This document shows positions 33,501 to 64,000 of a stretch of 64,000 bases of DNA, in pieces; within the stretch, counting starts at the first letter, position 1, and each line of letters starts with the position of its first letter. Location: assembly GCF_037042905.1 (NCBI RefSeq), contig NC_087246.1, positions 558,001 to 622,000 on the forward strand, in the 5' to 3' direction. The notes under the pieces were generated by a model that searched no databases, was not told the DNA's origin, and saw only the letters and a list, made by a program, of their open reading frames with translations. The DNA comes from Lytechinus pictus (lineage: Eukaryota). Both the position numbers and the translations under genes were made by a program.

Positions 33501-36120
33501 AAGGACGAAGAAATAAAGGAAGGAAGAAAGAAAAAAAAAAAGAAGAAAAAAAAAGAAATAAAGATAGAAAGAGAGAGAGAGAATGGCTGCGGGGAAGAGA
33601 AAGATGGAAAGAAAGAAAGGAAGAAAGAAAGAAGGGAAAGAAGGATGGAAAGAAAAAATAAAGAAAGAAAAAAAACTGAGGGGAAGAGGAAGGAAAGAAA
33701 GGAACAAATAAAAAAAAATTGAAAAAAAGGTAAAAAGAAAGAAAGGAAGAAAGAAAAGAGAAAAAGAAAAGGTAAAGGATTGATGGAAGGAAGGAAAAGA
33801 GAAAGAAGGAAAACTAGAGAAAGGAAAGAAGGAAGAAAGAAAAGGTATAAGGATAGATGGAAGGAAAAAAGAAAGAAAAGAAAGATAGATAGAACGAAAG
33901 ACAGAAAGAAATGAAGGAAGGAATGAAGGTAAAGCTGAAGGAAGGCAGAAAGAAAAAATAAGAAAAGAAAGGATGGATGGAAAAAAGAAAGATCAAAAGA
34001 ACGAAAGACAGAAATAAAGAAAATCAGAAAGAAAGGAAGGAAGGAGAAAGAAAGAATGAAAGACACTAAAGAAAGGAAGGAAAGAAATAAAGAATGAAAG
34101 GGATGAAGAAAGTAAGGAAGAAAAAAATGACAGGAAGAAAATGTAAAGAATGGATGGACGGAAGGATGACAGTAAGAAAGAATGAAAATAAGGGGAAAAA
34201 GAAGGAAGGTTTAAAGAAAGAGGTAAACAAAGGTTGGATGGAAGGAAGAAAGAAAAAAAGATAGAAAGAAAAGAATTACAAAAAGAAAGACAGCTATAGT
34301 AGCAGAAAAAATGAACAAAAGGAGGAAGGAAATTTAAAGAAATAAAGAGATTCAAAAGAAGGAAAGAATGAAAAGAAGGAATGATAGGCAGAAAGAAAGA
34401 AAATAGAGAGGAAGAAAGCTCAAACTATCCAGTCATAAATAAAGAAGAAAATTTATCAATTTCCTTGGCTAACAAAAATAGTTACGAAAGAAACCACGTT
34501 TATCAACATACACACAAATGCATATGTGGGACGGTCAAACAATGTATTTCAGTGTGTGCGATACAGACGATCATTCGAAACACGATCTTTTTTAAGCATA
34601 ACAGAAGTGAAAATTTCTCCTTTTACTGCTTACAAATGACAGAGCTACCCCAATTTTTAGGAAATATGGACATTACAAGAATTTTCATTAATAAGATATG
34701 TGAATTTTGACAGTTCTTTGGGAGATTTCTTCCAGAGCAAACTTCGTTCGTGCAGCACCGTACTCCGTAGAAACTGATCTACATGCATCGGCTGCGTGGA
34801 CTAGGCGCTAGCTAGCTAGGTATGCTAGACTGCCATTTATTGTGTGTGTGTGTGTGTACGTCTCTGACCTGTGTGTTTATTGCAGAAAATGGCGCAAATT
34901 TTGCAATTCGAATCATGACTTATAAACTTTTTTGAAAGAAGAAATTAATGATATTGCTTTTTTTGTCTCTTTTTCTTTTCTACATTTTGATGGTGAAATA
35001 TGGGGAATCTTTCTAAAATATAATTTCCTTAGGAGAATTTTGCTTGCCCGATTCGGGCAATCAGTTTTTGTCTTTGCTTCAAAACACTTGCCCGACTATA
35101 ACTTTTACTTGCCCCGGGCAATCGGGCAAGCGCTTATGTCGCACCCTGCATACAATAAAATACAAAAGAACAAGTGGGGATATGACATCATCAGCCCACC
35201 CAATAAAGACATGCCTAACATTTACAATCATGATTGACACTGTGTCCTCCGCTTGGCGACAGCACGCAAACCGCGCGATTTGCGTGGTCGCCAAGCGGAA
35301 AACAAAGAAATCAAGATGGCGACGTAAAAATGGCCGTAAGCTATTCCCATCTTTTCATAAAATTTTTCTCGTTTTTTAATGAATTCTTCTTTAAAAATGA
35401 AATCGATATCGCAGAAATGTCGGAAATTAAGTTGAACCCCATGTAGTATGTACATGATTTAGGGCTAGATCTAAATTAGAGCCAGACTCCCCAGAGCCAG
35501 AGAGAAAGTAGAAATCTCGGGGGCGAAAGTTAAACTTTCAGGTTTTGTGGCCGTACGTATGTACGTGCATGACTATGCCTTAGCGTCCCAGGCTTCATAG
35601 AAAGTAAGCCTACGTAGAGTAGATGACTTTTACTCCCCAGAAGCCTCCAGGCTATGTGACTCGTGAGCGTGAGTAGAACTGTTTCACTGACTGAGTTTGA
35701 CGATCACCGGAATAATGCAAATCTTTGGTTTGAAATTCAATAACTTTGTTATTTGTTATCCGATTTTGATCAAATTTTCATCATTTTACTTTGTGAATTT
35801 TACTCTATTTATTGAGGTATAAATATCTCCAGCCTGGACCAGTTAAAGTTTAACTTACGCTCAGCCGTCATTCCGCAAAGCACAGACCACTCAAAAATGA
35901 ACGTATGGGACTAGACTAGAGTAGAGTGTACTGATCAAACTAGTCACTTGCACGAAAAAAAAAGTTATCATATGGATCTAAATCCAAACATATTAACTCC
36001 AATTACAATTGCAATCTATTGTCTGAGCTGGGTAGCATCAGTTATGTAATCTAATTATCAATGATTACAAGGAACAATACGAACCTGAGATGGCAGGTTT
36101 TTCACAATTATGCGGCTCAT
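5824..36120 (-). CDS. RBM19: RNA-binding protein 19 (Mrd1 ortholog, multi-RRM ribosome biogenesis factor); 5' part, 13 coding exons, continues beyond window start
   Basis: Exons joined by GT-AG in consistent phase: 36085-36120, 13816-13998, 13118-13261, 12762-12815, 12306-12456, 11919-12064, 10362-10568, 9005-9097, 8727-8805, 8343-8414, 7031-7119, 6360-6398, 5824-5899. Protein MSRIIVKNLPSQIKEDKLRNTFSSKGDVTDIQLKFTKGGVFRKFAFIGFKTEVEAQ...RPWSKYS...DPKFQEFL...TIKVRGVPFNVKE...TGRLFVRNLAY matches the RBM19 RRM1-RRM3 layout. Confidence 0.93.
6360..6398 (-). CDS. RBM19: RBM19 exon 12
   Basis: acag|GCT...GAG|gtatgt; AAELENSEDTIAE. Confidence 0.85.
7031..7119 (-). CDS. RBM19: RBM19 exon 11
   Basis: ctag|GA...CAG|gttggt; GRRYVELFRE. 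Confidence 0.88.
7289..8070. mobile_element. PIF/Harbinger-type MITE
   Basis: TIR ggccccccc-aaaa...ttgttgtattgg / ccaatacaacaa...gggggggcc; TAA TSD on both sides. Confidence 0.8.
8343..8414 (-). CDS. RBM19: RBM19 exon 10
   Basis: ctag|GT...G|gtgagt; GVIFVEFSCEEDITKAMKRNREYM. Confidence 0.9.
8727..8805 (-). CDS. RBM19: RBM19 exon 9
   Basis: tttag|GAA...G|gtaac; EDVVKFFAPLKITAIR. Confidence 0.9.
9005..9097 (-). CDS. RBM19: RBM19 exon 8 (RRM2 start)
   Basis: tgcag|GTG...GAG|gtaa; FTIKVRGVPFNVKE. Confidence 0.9.
9204..9928. mobile_element. piggyBac-type MITE
   Basis: ccctaagaagac ... gtctatttaggg; flanked by tcaa / ttaa. Confidence 0.7.
10362..10568 (-). CDS. RBM19: RBM19 exon 7 (acidic)
   Basis: tttcag|TAC...AAG|gtatgt; YLKSKMVK... 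Confidence 0.88.
10955..11898. mobile_element. Non-autonomous hAT with 6-bp TSD (hAT6-like)
   Basis: TIR cagagctgccaa / ttggaagctctg; TSD tgaatg on both sides; cgggaga subterminal motifs; ends 20 bp from the RBM19 exon 6 donor. Confidence 0.75.
11919..12064 (-). CDS. RBM19: RBM19 exon 6 (acidic)
   Basis: tatag|CT...GAT|gtgagt; ends NLSDMD. Confidence 0.88.
12306..12456 (-). CDS. RBM19: RBM19 exon 5
   Basis: tttcag|TTG...G|gtaat; LEDDPKFQEFLEAH...IWDND. Confidence 0.9.
12762..12815 (-). CDS. RBM19: RBM19 exon 4
   Basis: polyT-ccag|GAT...GAT|gtaagt; DILSNKRKKKKGLEGLDD. Confidence 0.85.
13118..13261 (-). CDS. RBM19: RBM19 exon 3
   Basis: aaag|GTT...AAT|gtaag; VELAKNLGDANLARPWSKYS. Confidence 0.9.
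13816..13998 (-). CDS. RBM19: RBM19 exon 2 (RRM1)
   Basis: cacag|ATA...CAG|gtgac; IKEDKLRNTF...RKFAFIGFK...DSSRIQ. Confidence 0.93.
14847..14960. repeat. AT-rich near-perfect palindrome (~50-bp arms)
   Basis: aaattattatttcacaaatactaaaattt...gtgattataaataa / ttatttataatcac...aaattttagtatttgtgaaataataattt. Confidence 0.7.
15032..15424 (+). repeat. 5' LTR
   Basis: tatggagatc...ggttactaca; TATA-like gtataaaag at ~15128. Confidence 0.92.
18658..20940 (+). pseudogene. Disrupted Arg/Ser/Asp/Tyr-rich repeat ORF with coiled-coil tail inside the LTR element (gag-derived or SR-like)
   Basis: 536-aa ORF 18641-20251 continues in the same frame past one TGA into 20261-20674; likely true start MSGTRDYEYYSSSSSDE at 18658 with a frameshift near 18741; overlapping frame ends PWLLPPWPPP at 20940. 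Confidence 0.6.
22501..22893 (+). repeat. 3' LTR
   Basis: Direct copy of 15032-15424. Confidence 0.92.
23215..23692. mobile_element. MULE-like MITE with ~55-bp TIRs
   Basis: tacctcgggcaaagttcgtgcaggctccact... / ...agtggagcctgcacgaacttcgcccgaggta; 9-bp TSD ggagtcctc, with the right copy split by the hAT insertion (a 7-bp gagtcct reading is also possible). A solo TIR copy lies at ~56005-56057. Confidence 0.75.
24490..25040. mobile_element. Degenerate Kolobok-type MITE remnant inside the hAT element
   Basis: aaaggggaactcggggctgaaaata...gtcacatccccact resembles the family at 41717-43395. Confidence 0.5.
25173..25374. mobile_element. Small MITE with GGG termini and 4-bp TSD (Sola2-like)
   Basis: TIR gggcaattccataaaat / attttatggaattgccc; TSD atta. 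Confidence 0.75.
27327..31487 (-). pseudogene. Disrupted hAT-like DDE transposase (~1100 aa) with C-terminal tandem Spin/Ssty (Spindlin)-like Tudor repeats
   Basis: Motifs GDGTTK (D1), ISDRH (D2), CGLH (CxxH), NVSVERDFG (E). Frame is restored by removing the MITE at 30001-30785; one TAG at ~29836; frameshifts near 28880, 28715 and 28260-28080; C-terminus LVG..I.H.W...W...Y...LLEDYWKGDVRIL. Confidence 0.85.
30001..30785. mobile_element. PIF/Harbinger MITE inserted in the transposase ORF
   Basis: 18-bp perfect TIR gacccctgttacatttga; TAA TSD; removal restores the reading frame ...RDGDL-VRRRQQ... Confidence 0.9.
33085..35148. mobile_element. Non-autonomous hAT with 5-bp TSD (hAT5-like) containing a ~1-kb GA-rich tract
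   Basis: TIR cagggagctacataa / ttatgtcgcaccctg; TSD catac; repeated cttgcccg subterminal motifs. Confidence 0.75.
33415..34420 (+). repeat. Degenerate purine-rich (GAAA/GGAA) low-complexity tract
   Basis: Almost only A/G over ~1 kb. Confidence 0.85.
36085..36120 (-). CDS. RBM19: RBM19 exon 1 (MSRIIVKNLPSQ)
   Basis: aacATG start, 36 nt, CAG|gttcgt donor; classic RBM19 N-terminus. Confidence 0.9.
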
Positions 36121-39100
36121 GTTGATTTTTCGTTAATTCACACGTGCATGCTGTCGGAAGAGGGAGTGTACTAGTCTAATATCAGGATCTATTCTAGACC
36201 CCGATATATGGCTTGAAGGGGTGGCAGGGGTTCTCCTGTTCTCTGGGCTGGCTCCCGGGCTGGCTCTCTGACTGCACTTAGAACTACGCGTCTTTTGATC
36301 AGCCTAAATGTGTAAGGATGGAACCATGGCAAATGTTGTGCCACCATATGGATAGTCATTATGGGTCGTTAATATAGGCATATTGTGCATTTGATATATT
36401 ACAATGTAGTCTTATTCTTATATTATTCTGGTTGATCCCCAGGTTGATCAAGGAATGTAGGCCTACTCACTGTTCAAAAACACAATTTTCTTGTTGACTC
36501 GATCCTGTTCCTCATTTTTCTATCATACTTTGACTGAGTCTTTCACTCCCGTTTTGTTTCTTTTGAATTGCCCTTCTGTTGCACCTTAATCTCCCCGCTC
36601 CTCCCTCAACGCTCATTCATTCACTGTTAAGACCTCTTTTTTACTCCCTAAAAGAATACATGTATTTCATTATTTTTAATATGGCAGTGATCAAGATGTT
36701 ATAATATAGAACAAGTAGGTGTGTGTTTTATAGCCATGATGGCTTTTAGACCATAGACCTTTTATTTTTGCCCGTAGACCAAGCTGATATTAACCATTAA
36801 AAGCACCCAAAAAAAATTGGAAGAGTACAAAAAGCATTTGGTGGGCTTTTTATCCTCGGGCAAAGAGCGCGATATAATCATATTATTATTTTGGTGATCA
36901 ACCACAAACACCTTCCTCTATGATAAGACACTGAATTTTGCTGTACATGAGAACATGACTATCACGTTCAAGTGAATATTTAAAAAGAAATGCATTGTGA
37001 TGTAGAGCCACTTTTGTCTGACCCAAAATTCTTGGCTTTCATAAAAGCTTTAATGATTTCTCAGATTCTGAAACATATCAAAATTCACTAGGACCTAAAA
37101 ATTTCTACTAGATAAAGGCGCAAATTTGGAAAGGTAAGCCAACTTTATTGGTGTTATAATCTGAATATTGCAGATAAGCACAACCAGCTAAGCCTATTGG
37201 GTTGTAGTTATTCAATTCGGTCTATATTGTTATTAATTACCCGATTTGATCAAACCCTTACAAATTCCACTACTTACCTTTTATCCTAGTAATGCCCAGT
37301 GCCAGCCGCAGAGAAACATTGTGAGCCTAACAGAGCGCCTAACAGTAAGCCCAGTCACATCTTTAGGATTGTTAAGTCATTTATTTCAATATGTAAGTAA
37401 TACATTGTTGTAACAGTAGGCCTCGCTGCGACATTACCAAATTAACAGAGCCTCTGATAGAGAACTCTTAGCGCTAACAACGCTTCTGTGCGGTCAATAC
37501 AGGTGGTCTCATTCCTACTTTATTTCCTTATCATTTTGCATTTTGTCAATTGAAAATTTGCTTCCTGAACGATTCATTTGATGATTTTGACTTTCTGTTA
37601 CACCAAGTGCATATTACCGGTAGGTAGTCATAACAGGTGTAGTCTAATTGGAAATTAGACAAAATTGTAAACAATAAGAGCCAATTAGACCAAGTGTTTA
37701 GTAGAAGAGCTACTTGTAGATGAACAATGATTAGACCAGGTCGGATAAGAGATAAAGGGAGTGTAAACCAAGTGGCGATTCAATTAGCCCATCATTATAT
37801 TGTAAAATCACTGTCGAGTGGCCAATGTGTATATCCAGTGGAGTACATTATGAAATAATTATTTGGATTATTATATTATAACCAAAATATGGATCATCTA
37901 CAATCAATGATGAAATGATGAACAAATGAAAGAATAAAATGAAACAAAGGATGGAATGTCTGCAATTGACTTTATATCACATATTGACATAAAAACTGTA
38001 CAATACTTACAAAAACATTATTTACAACCACAAATTAAATTAACATAAAACTTAACCAACCATTGAGTCCACCATCCAAACTGTGTACAAAACTTTCAAA
38101 AGCAATTCATTAACAGTCAAATTGGGCTAAGTTCAATAATTTCAATTCATTTCAAAATTATTCAAGTCTGTTTGGCAATTTGGCAAGGGTGGGAAGAGGT
38201 GGACTAGTAACCCCAAAACCTTCACAAAAATTTGTACACCCCTGCTGACTAAGAATTGCAATATTCAACTTATTAATTTATAAAAAGAGTTAAGCCGTAG
38301 CACACTATACGATCCAAATACTGTAGGACCACATTTTTTAACAAATCACAATTCCCACTAAATATGAAAGTTAAGAAAAGTTTTAAAAAGTAATACAATC
38401 TAATTTGAGTTTCATAACAATGCTTGAAATTAAAAATCAAAATTGTGCTCAACTGCAGGCCTTTTGGTCGGAGTGAAGTCCAAATTGGCTCCAATTCGCA
38501 GCCAATTGCAAAATTGCTATGTCACTAAGATTTGAAATTTGTCTCACTTTTACTCCTACAGGGAGGCTCACAATTAACTGAGGTTTTTGGATTCAGTAAT
38601 TATACCATCTTTCAGAAGATCAAATGCTAGGTTAATTTTTTGTTTTACCTAAAATTGAATCACAACAGATTGTGTAGTGAGTGTGGGGCTTTACATGAGC
38701 ACAACTATGGTCCTAAAACTTACACACGTAATAAACGTCCAGTATTCGGCAGAAAAATACAATTAATCAATTACCAGTAGCACCAACAAAGACAAATATT
38801 TAAAAAAAGGATAACCACCACCAACATTTTCCTCTTAAAAAAAGATCATATACCTAGAAGACAAAAATATATATTTCCCAGTATTGACATGACATTGATT
38901 GTAACATAGTTTCCTCAATCATTTTGACAGAATTCTAACATCTGGGATTTTTTAACATAGTTTTTAAAGCAACATGATGCCATGTAAATAAAAAGACAAT
39001 TCCAATTCTGCGTAATTTCTTGAGCATCATTTTACTGTTACATCTGTGCAAGAGATTTTTTTAGTCGCCAAAGTGTTACCTACCTATTTTTCAAGTTTAC

Positions 39101-39894
39101 ATCTAGTAGGGAACCAAGATAGATTAGATTTAAGTTATTTTAAGTTATTTTTAGCATATTTCTAAAAGACCTCAGGCAACGTATACTGGTATGCAGATTT
39201 AGTAACTCATGGATTAAGATGAAGATGGCATTTAAACCACACTGAACATTTATATTTGAGCTTCTCAGTTAGAGTTAACAATGTTCTGATAAAGTTATCA
39301 TGGGCTATAATTTTACTGAGATAAACTTTGAACAAAAAATACAGACAAGTACAAAGCCTCTGGCAGTCTTGCCTGCATTCGCGATTCAATAGTGCAGCAG
39401 TGCTAACTTCGAAAACAACGAATAACTATTCACAAAAACATTCATATAATGATAAAAATTTTATTGACCATAAATGAAGTTTGATCATGGTCATGAGACC
39501 TAAGACTTGTGCAATACCATAAGTGATATTCAATTACCCTGATGTCCAAGTTTCACAAAATAGGTCCACCGTTTCGTTGGAAATAGAGACAAAAACTGGT
39601 GAACAAATTCAATCAAGTCATATTTCATTTCAAATGCCACCGTTGCATTCGATGGAGAACAACTCAATCAATCAAATTCAGACATACACTATATTCCTGA
39701 AGAACAAAACATCTTTTAAAAAATTGCTATTGAGTCATATAATACTACTCTGGTTCACCGAGAGTCACTGCCCACAGAAGAGTCTAATTAAATTAATAAT
39801 TTCAGCAGCAATAATAGCAAAATCCATAGGAGTTTCCATGTTTATTGGCACAAGAGTTCAATGATGGAATTGAAGTATCTTCAATGATTGAAGA

Positions 39895-59324
<19,430 letters not shown>

Positions 59325-59699
59325 GGTCAATCTCGTTGTCCAACCACAATCACAGAAAATATGATAATTTATCAGTGATTTGTCGTCTGCGATTGAAAGA
59401 GATGGTGAGCCTGGAGTCAACACCGATTTCAAAGTTAAAGATCTTGAGAGAGCTCTCTGATTGGTCAATTTCATTGCTGAGCTTTTTTAACTTTGAAAAT
59501 TTTGACTTTTCTAGAAAAGGTTCGAGAAATGAAAAAAGTCTGAAAATTACAATTAAACAACAATTAAACGTGACTACTTAAATTCTTGCTTTTATTGTCC
59601 ATTAAAAAAAAAAAGAACTTAATTTCAGGAAATTTATTCTTTGAATATCGGGAAATTTGTTTTGGATCTGTGGACTGCTTGCATTTAGCCATGAAGGCG

Positions 59700-60381
59700 T
59701 TACATATTTCAACAATCAAAAAATGCGAGCGCGAAGCGCGAGCTGAAAATTTTTGAACTTTCTAAAGAAATGGAAAATTTTAATCAGTGTTTGTAATCGT
59801 GAACAGGATAGCTATATAATTTAACGATTGATGCGAGTGCGAAGCGCGAGCAGAATTTTTTTCGAGATTTAGACCTAAAAATGGGCCACTCTGTTCATGT
59901 TTTGTATATCATCAAAAGGATGAGTAATATGGGGTCTTCCTACATTAATAATGCGAGCACAAAGCGCAAGCAGAAAAATTGGATAATGATTTAAATTAGA
60001 GAACAAGTTGAGTATCTGAATAAACATGCCCGAGCGTGTTTTATAGTAAGACCTAGAATCTAGGCATTCTAAATACAACTTTAATCATGAAAATCATGAA
60101 ACTTTGATATTCCGATCTGAAAAAAGAGTAAATTTCAGCTTTATATTTCAAGCACTTTGAAGAAAAATTGTAAGGTGGATATGGATCAGGGGCGGATCCA
60201 GCTTTATATAAAGGGGGGGTTGGGGTGGTATGCGAGGGAGCGTAGCGACCGAGTCCAAGCGAGCAGAGCGAGCAAGGGGGAGGGTGTGGGAGGGGGGTGT
60301 CCCCCCTCCCACAGTAGGGAAAATTTTTGAAAATCTGTGTGTGAAAATTGCGTTTTCTTGCATCTAAAACACCCAAAAAGA

Positions 60382-60412
<31 letters not shown>

Positions 60413-61300
60413 GAAATAAATACATAGAAATAGAATAAAATAAAATTACAAGTTTAAAAAAAAAGAAAAGATTTAAAAAAATGGTCCCCGGATTTTTTTT
60501 TTTTTTTTGGGGGGGGGTTGCAACCCCCCCAACCCCCCCTCTAGATCCGCTTCTGTGGATCGCACTTAAAAAAAAGCTATTATTATTACTTTGAGTTTTG
60601 ACATAGGACCAGGACATCCTTACGACATGTCATCAAATGAAAATAATGACTATCTTCCTATTCCTCTTGCTAAGCGCGAGATGAAACAAAAGGGACAATT
60701 TAATTATTAAATTAATATCATATTTAATAATGCCTAATGAGGGCGCGAAATCTGGTGATATCATGGCATAAAAACTGGACATTTCATATTTATGATTATG
60801 AATAGGATGCATCAGTTAATATATTTTAAACCATTAATGCGAGCGCAAATCGCGTGCTAAATCTTTTTGATAAACTGTCATGAAAAGGGGATTTTAAGTA
60901 GTTTGTTGTATAATCTATATTGAAACATTTATATAACTCGCCAATCAAAATGCGAGCGTGCAGCGCGCTAGCTGATACGTCTTGACAATCAGACCTGAAA
61001 AGGGAAATATTTTGAAAACTTTATGGAATACACATAAATAATAGGTACCTGATAAATCAAATTTTGAGCGCGCGCAGCGCAAGCAGCAAATGTTAACATT
61101 CAGACCATAAAACTGACATTTTTACAGAGCACTTTTTAAAAACCAATTTGTAAATTACACAAAATAATGAAAGTTCGTTTTCCGAGGTGAAATATGTTTT
61201 GTATGTTGACTTCCAAACTTGATATTCGAACTCCATATTGAACAAGATTGGGTAAATCACCCAACAGGCAATGCGAGCGCGAGCGAAAATTTTATATAGT
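59700..61300. repeat. Interspersed repeat with recurring gcgagcgcgaagcgcgag motifs
   Basis: Motif recurs at ~59724, 59832, 59952, 60838, 60951, 61066 and 61272; related motif at ~3117-3140. Confidence 0.55.
60187..60555. mobile_element. hAT-type MITE with 5-bp TSD
   Basis: caggggcggatcca / tagatccgcttctg; tggat on both sides. Confidence 0.6.
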
Positions 61301-61744
61301 GGCATGTTTTGAATGGAAATGAAATAAAAGAATTGAATTGAATTGAATGAAAGATTCTTTTAATTTTCCAAGTCTTCCCCTCATCTTATTTTATGCACTC
61401 GTCGTCCTCTTCTTTTTCTCCTCTCTTTTCCCTCCTTGTTTCCTTCTTTCTTTCCCTTTTTCATATTTTTGCTCCGCCAAGAGGAGGGGGCGGGCCCCTC
61501 GGCACCATGGATCTGCCTATGGGGACAAGGGGCGGGAAAATTTGACAAGCAAAAAAAAAAGGTTATCGTCGCCAAAGTAATGTCATCTCGTCCCAAAATA
61601 CATGTTTTATTTCGATTTAGAATGATGTATTACTTACCATCATAAAAGACCCAAATAGTAGGGGGGACATTTGGTATTGTGTCCCCCCTACTATTTTGAG
61701 TAGGGGGGACACGTCCCCCTGTCCCCCCTGGGATTTCCGCCCAT

Positions 61745-61794
61745 GGTAGTAGTAATAGTTTAGTAATAGTAATAGCAGTAGTAGCAGTAGTAGC

Positions 61795-61853
<59 letters not shown>

Positions 61854-61857
61854 CAGC

Positions 61858-61897
<40 letters not shown>

Positions 61898-61950
61898 CAG
61901 TAGCAGTAGTAGTAGTGGTAGTAGTAGTAGTAGTAGTTGTAGTAGTAGTA

Positions 61951-62007
<57 letters not shown>

Positions 62008-62048
62008 CAGTAGCAGTAGTAGTAGTGGTAGTAGTAGTAGTAGTAGTT

Positions 62049-62129
<81 letters not shown>

Positions 62130-62160
62130 TAGTAGTAGTAGTAGTATAGTAGTAGTAGTA
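61745..62160 (+). repeat. (TAG)n trinucleotide microsatellite
   Basis: Direct reading. Confidence 0.95.
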
Positions 62161-63064
62161 TAAAATATGGTATTTTACCCCGGTATTTTACACATGAAAT
62201 GCTGAATTAAATTAAATTTACGTAGATATAATAATTCAAATTTCATTACTCATTTTATTTGTAGAGTGAAGCAATAACTTTTTTCTTTTTTGGGGGGCGG
62301 TGGGTTCCTAACGTAAATTATGTTTTGTATTGTTTATTGTGTAAACATATGGGATAAGGAAAGGGCTTTCACTAGCCTAGCTATAGGTTGAAAAAGCGAC
62401 GATATACTAGTCTGCTGGGCAAACCCTTCGCTCGAGTTAAGGGTCTGAATGTGCAGCCTACTCATGCCTTTTGTACTGAACCTACTGACTAGCCATCTCG
62501 CTCAGGCAGTTTTGCATGTGCTAGTCTTTGCATAGAGGCACACTTGTTGATCAAAGTTCCAATCAGGGTCTGTGCCTGCAGACTACACCGTTAAATACAC
62601 CGCATTCATAATCTACAGAGTCTATTAAATTTAACAAGAGTAATTATTTCAAAATGAAAAATAATGTACCTTCGTCACGAAGACACATTTCTTCAAACTA
62701 AATTTCTTTAAAAATATTGAAACAAAATGGATTGAATATGGTAGATACGAAAGCCAGGCAATATATTTCTAACAGTTTTACTGTCATCATGAAAGAGAGG
62801 GGTTTTTTTTCCTCTCATTTGCTTTATGACAGTTTTTTTTTTTAAAGAAATGTAACACCACTGCATCTAGGGTTTATTTTTGTTTATCACTTCTAAATCA
62901 ATTATACTAGAGGATTGTTATTATAACAGTATAACAGTATACTGACTGACTCAGCAAATTTCCATCTAATAGATATTATTCCCTGTGTTTTTTTTAGACT
63001 CTCCCTATCATCATACCCAAGTTTCCCAGCTATTAGCTAGAAGTATTATTTCCATATTAAAAGC

Positions 63065-64000
63065 ATGTTTTATACAATCAAATACAGTGGATAACCCACA
63101 TTCAGCGTGACCGGCACAGTCACGCTTGTCTTCCGTGGGGTCCAAAAACATTTGAAATTAATATAAGTGACACACAATAAAACCAGATTAAAATAACAGA
63201 TTCTAAACAAACAAGTACAGAAGATAAATGGAAACAGTGATGAACATAAAGAGTTAAAAAAATAAGTATCAACAGAAAACATATTTACATAAAAGACAGC
63301 AAATGGATAAAAAACGAAGGGGTGCAAACCTATAATAGGGAAAGGGGAAACCGGAATCCATGTGCTAGATTAGATTTGAAAATGTTGGTATATAATTGAT
63401 AATTAATTATATTAATGTAAGGAGGAAGGGAGTTATAAGCCATGGCGCTTTTATACTTGAAGGATCTTTTGAGGTAATTTGTTCTTGGTTTGGGTAATTT
63501 AAATTGGGTTCCAACACGGGAGGGATACTTATGTGATACTAACTCAAATTCATTTCTTACATATTTTGAGGATAGATTATTTATGATCTTATACATGAGA
63601 ATGATCGTTTCTTCTTTTGTCCAACAATTGACAATTAAGAGTATTATGCATTTCCAAAATCAAGATTCGGGTTTATGCTAGTGTATAATACGGCCTGCCC
63701 TATTTTGTAGTTTTTGAAAGCGGTCTGTGTATATGATCCACCGTAAACAACATCACCATAATCAAAGTAGGGGAGGATCAATATTAATTTCAGAATCGAT
63801 TCACTTAAGGATCGCTGCAATCTTCCAAAAAAGCCGACTAATTGACCTATTTTTTGCAACATGTTGTCTGCATGCAAATTAAAATTCAAATAATCATCAA
63901 CTATGATGCCTGGGTATTTGACATGATGAACTTGTTCTAATAGGGTATTTTTTACATGAATTACATTTTGTTTGGAAATCATATTCTTGCTTCCAATGAG
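63065..64000 (-). mobile_element. Decayed LINE 3' end (L2/CR1-group RT C-terminus plus 3' UTR)
   Basis: VKYPGIIVDDYLNFNLH...LILPYFDYGDVVYG; MYKIINNL...LPKPRTNYLKRSFKYKSAMAYNSLP. Confidence 0.8.

Noticed and set aside
33429..34355. F/L/S-rich ORFs resembling membrane proteins
   Set aside because: Artefacts of the GA-rich low-complexity tract.

Overview
Repeat-dense eukaryotic DNA; the MITE/SINE repertoire suggests an invertebrate deuterostome, probably a sea urchin (inference). Two spliced host genes lie on the minus strand. KMT5A/SETD8 (PR-Set7) is complete: 9 coding exons, 59324->39895, 391 aa. RBM19 has its first 13 coding exons here (36120->5824); the rest must lie left of the window. The 22-kb first intron of RBM19 holds (i) a young 7.9-kb LTR element with 393-bp LTRs, no intact pol and a disrupted Arg/Ser/Asp-rich repeat ORF, and (ii) a 9.3-kb hAT-type transposon with a 7-bp TSD. 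The hAT element's disrupted ~1100-aa transposase ends in two tandem Spindlin (Spin/Ssty)-like Tudor repeats, a candidate histone-methyl-reading transposase and the top candidate novel system here. SETD8 intron 6 holds ~38 tandem 80/81-bp copies of the 3' half of its own PIP-degron exon plus the GTAAGT donor, each forming a potential 34-nt poison exon. Many nested MITEs (Harbinger, Kolobok, piggyBac, Sola-like, hAT with 5- and 6-bp TSDs, MULE-like), SINEs and LINE fragments were delimited by TIR/TSD reading. Family names come from recall of motifs, not database searches.
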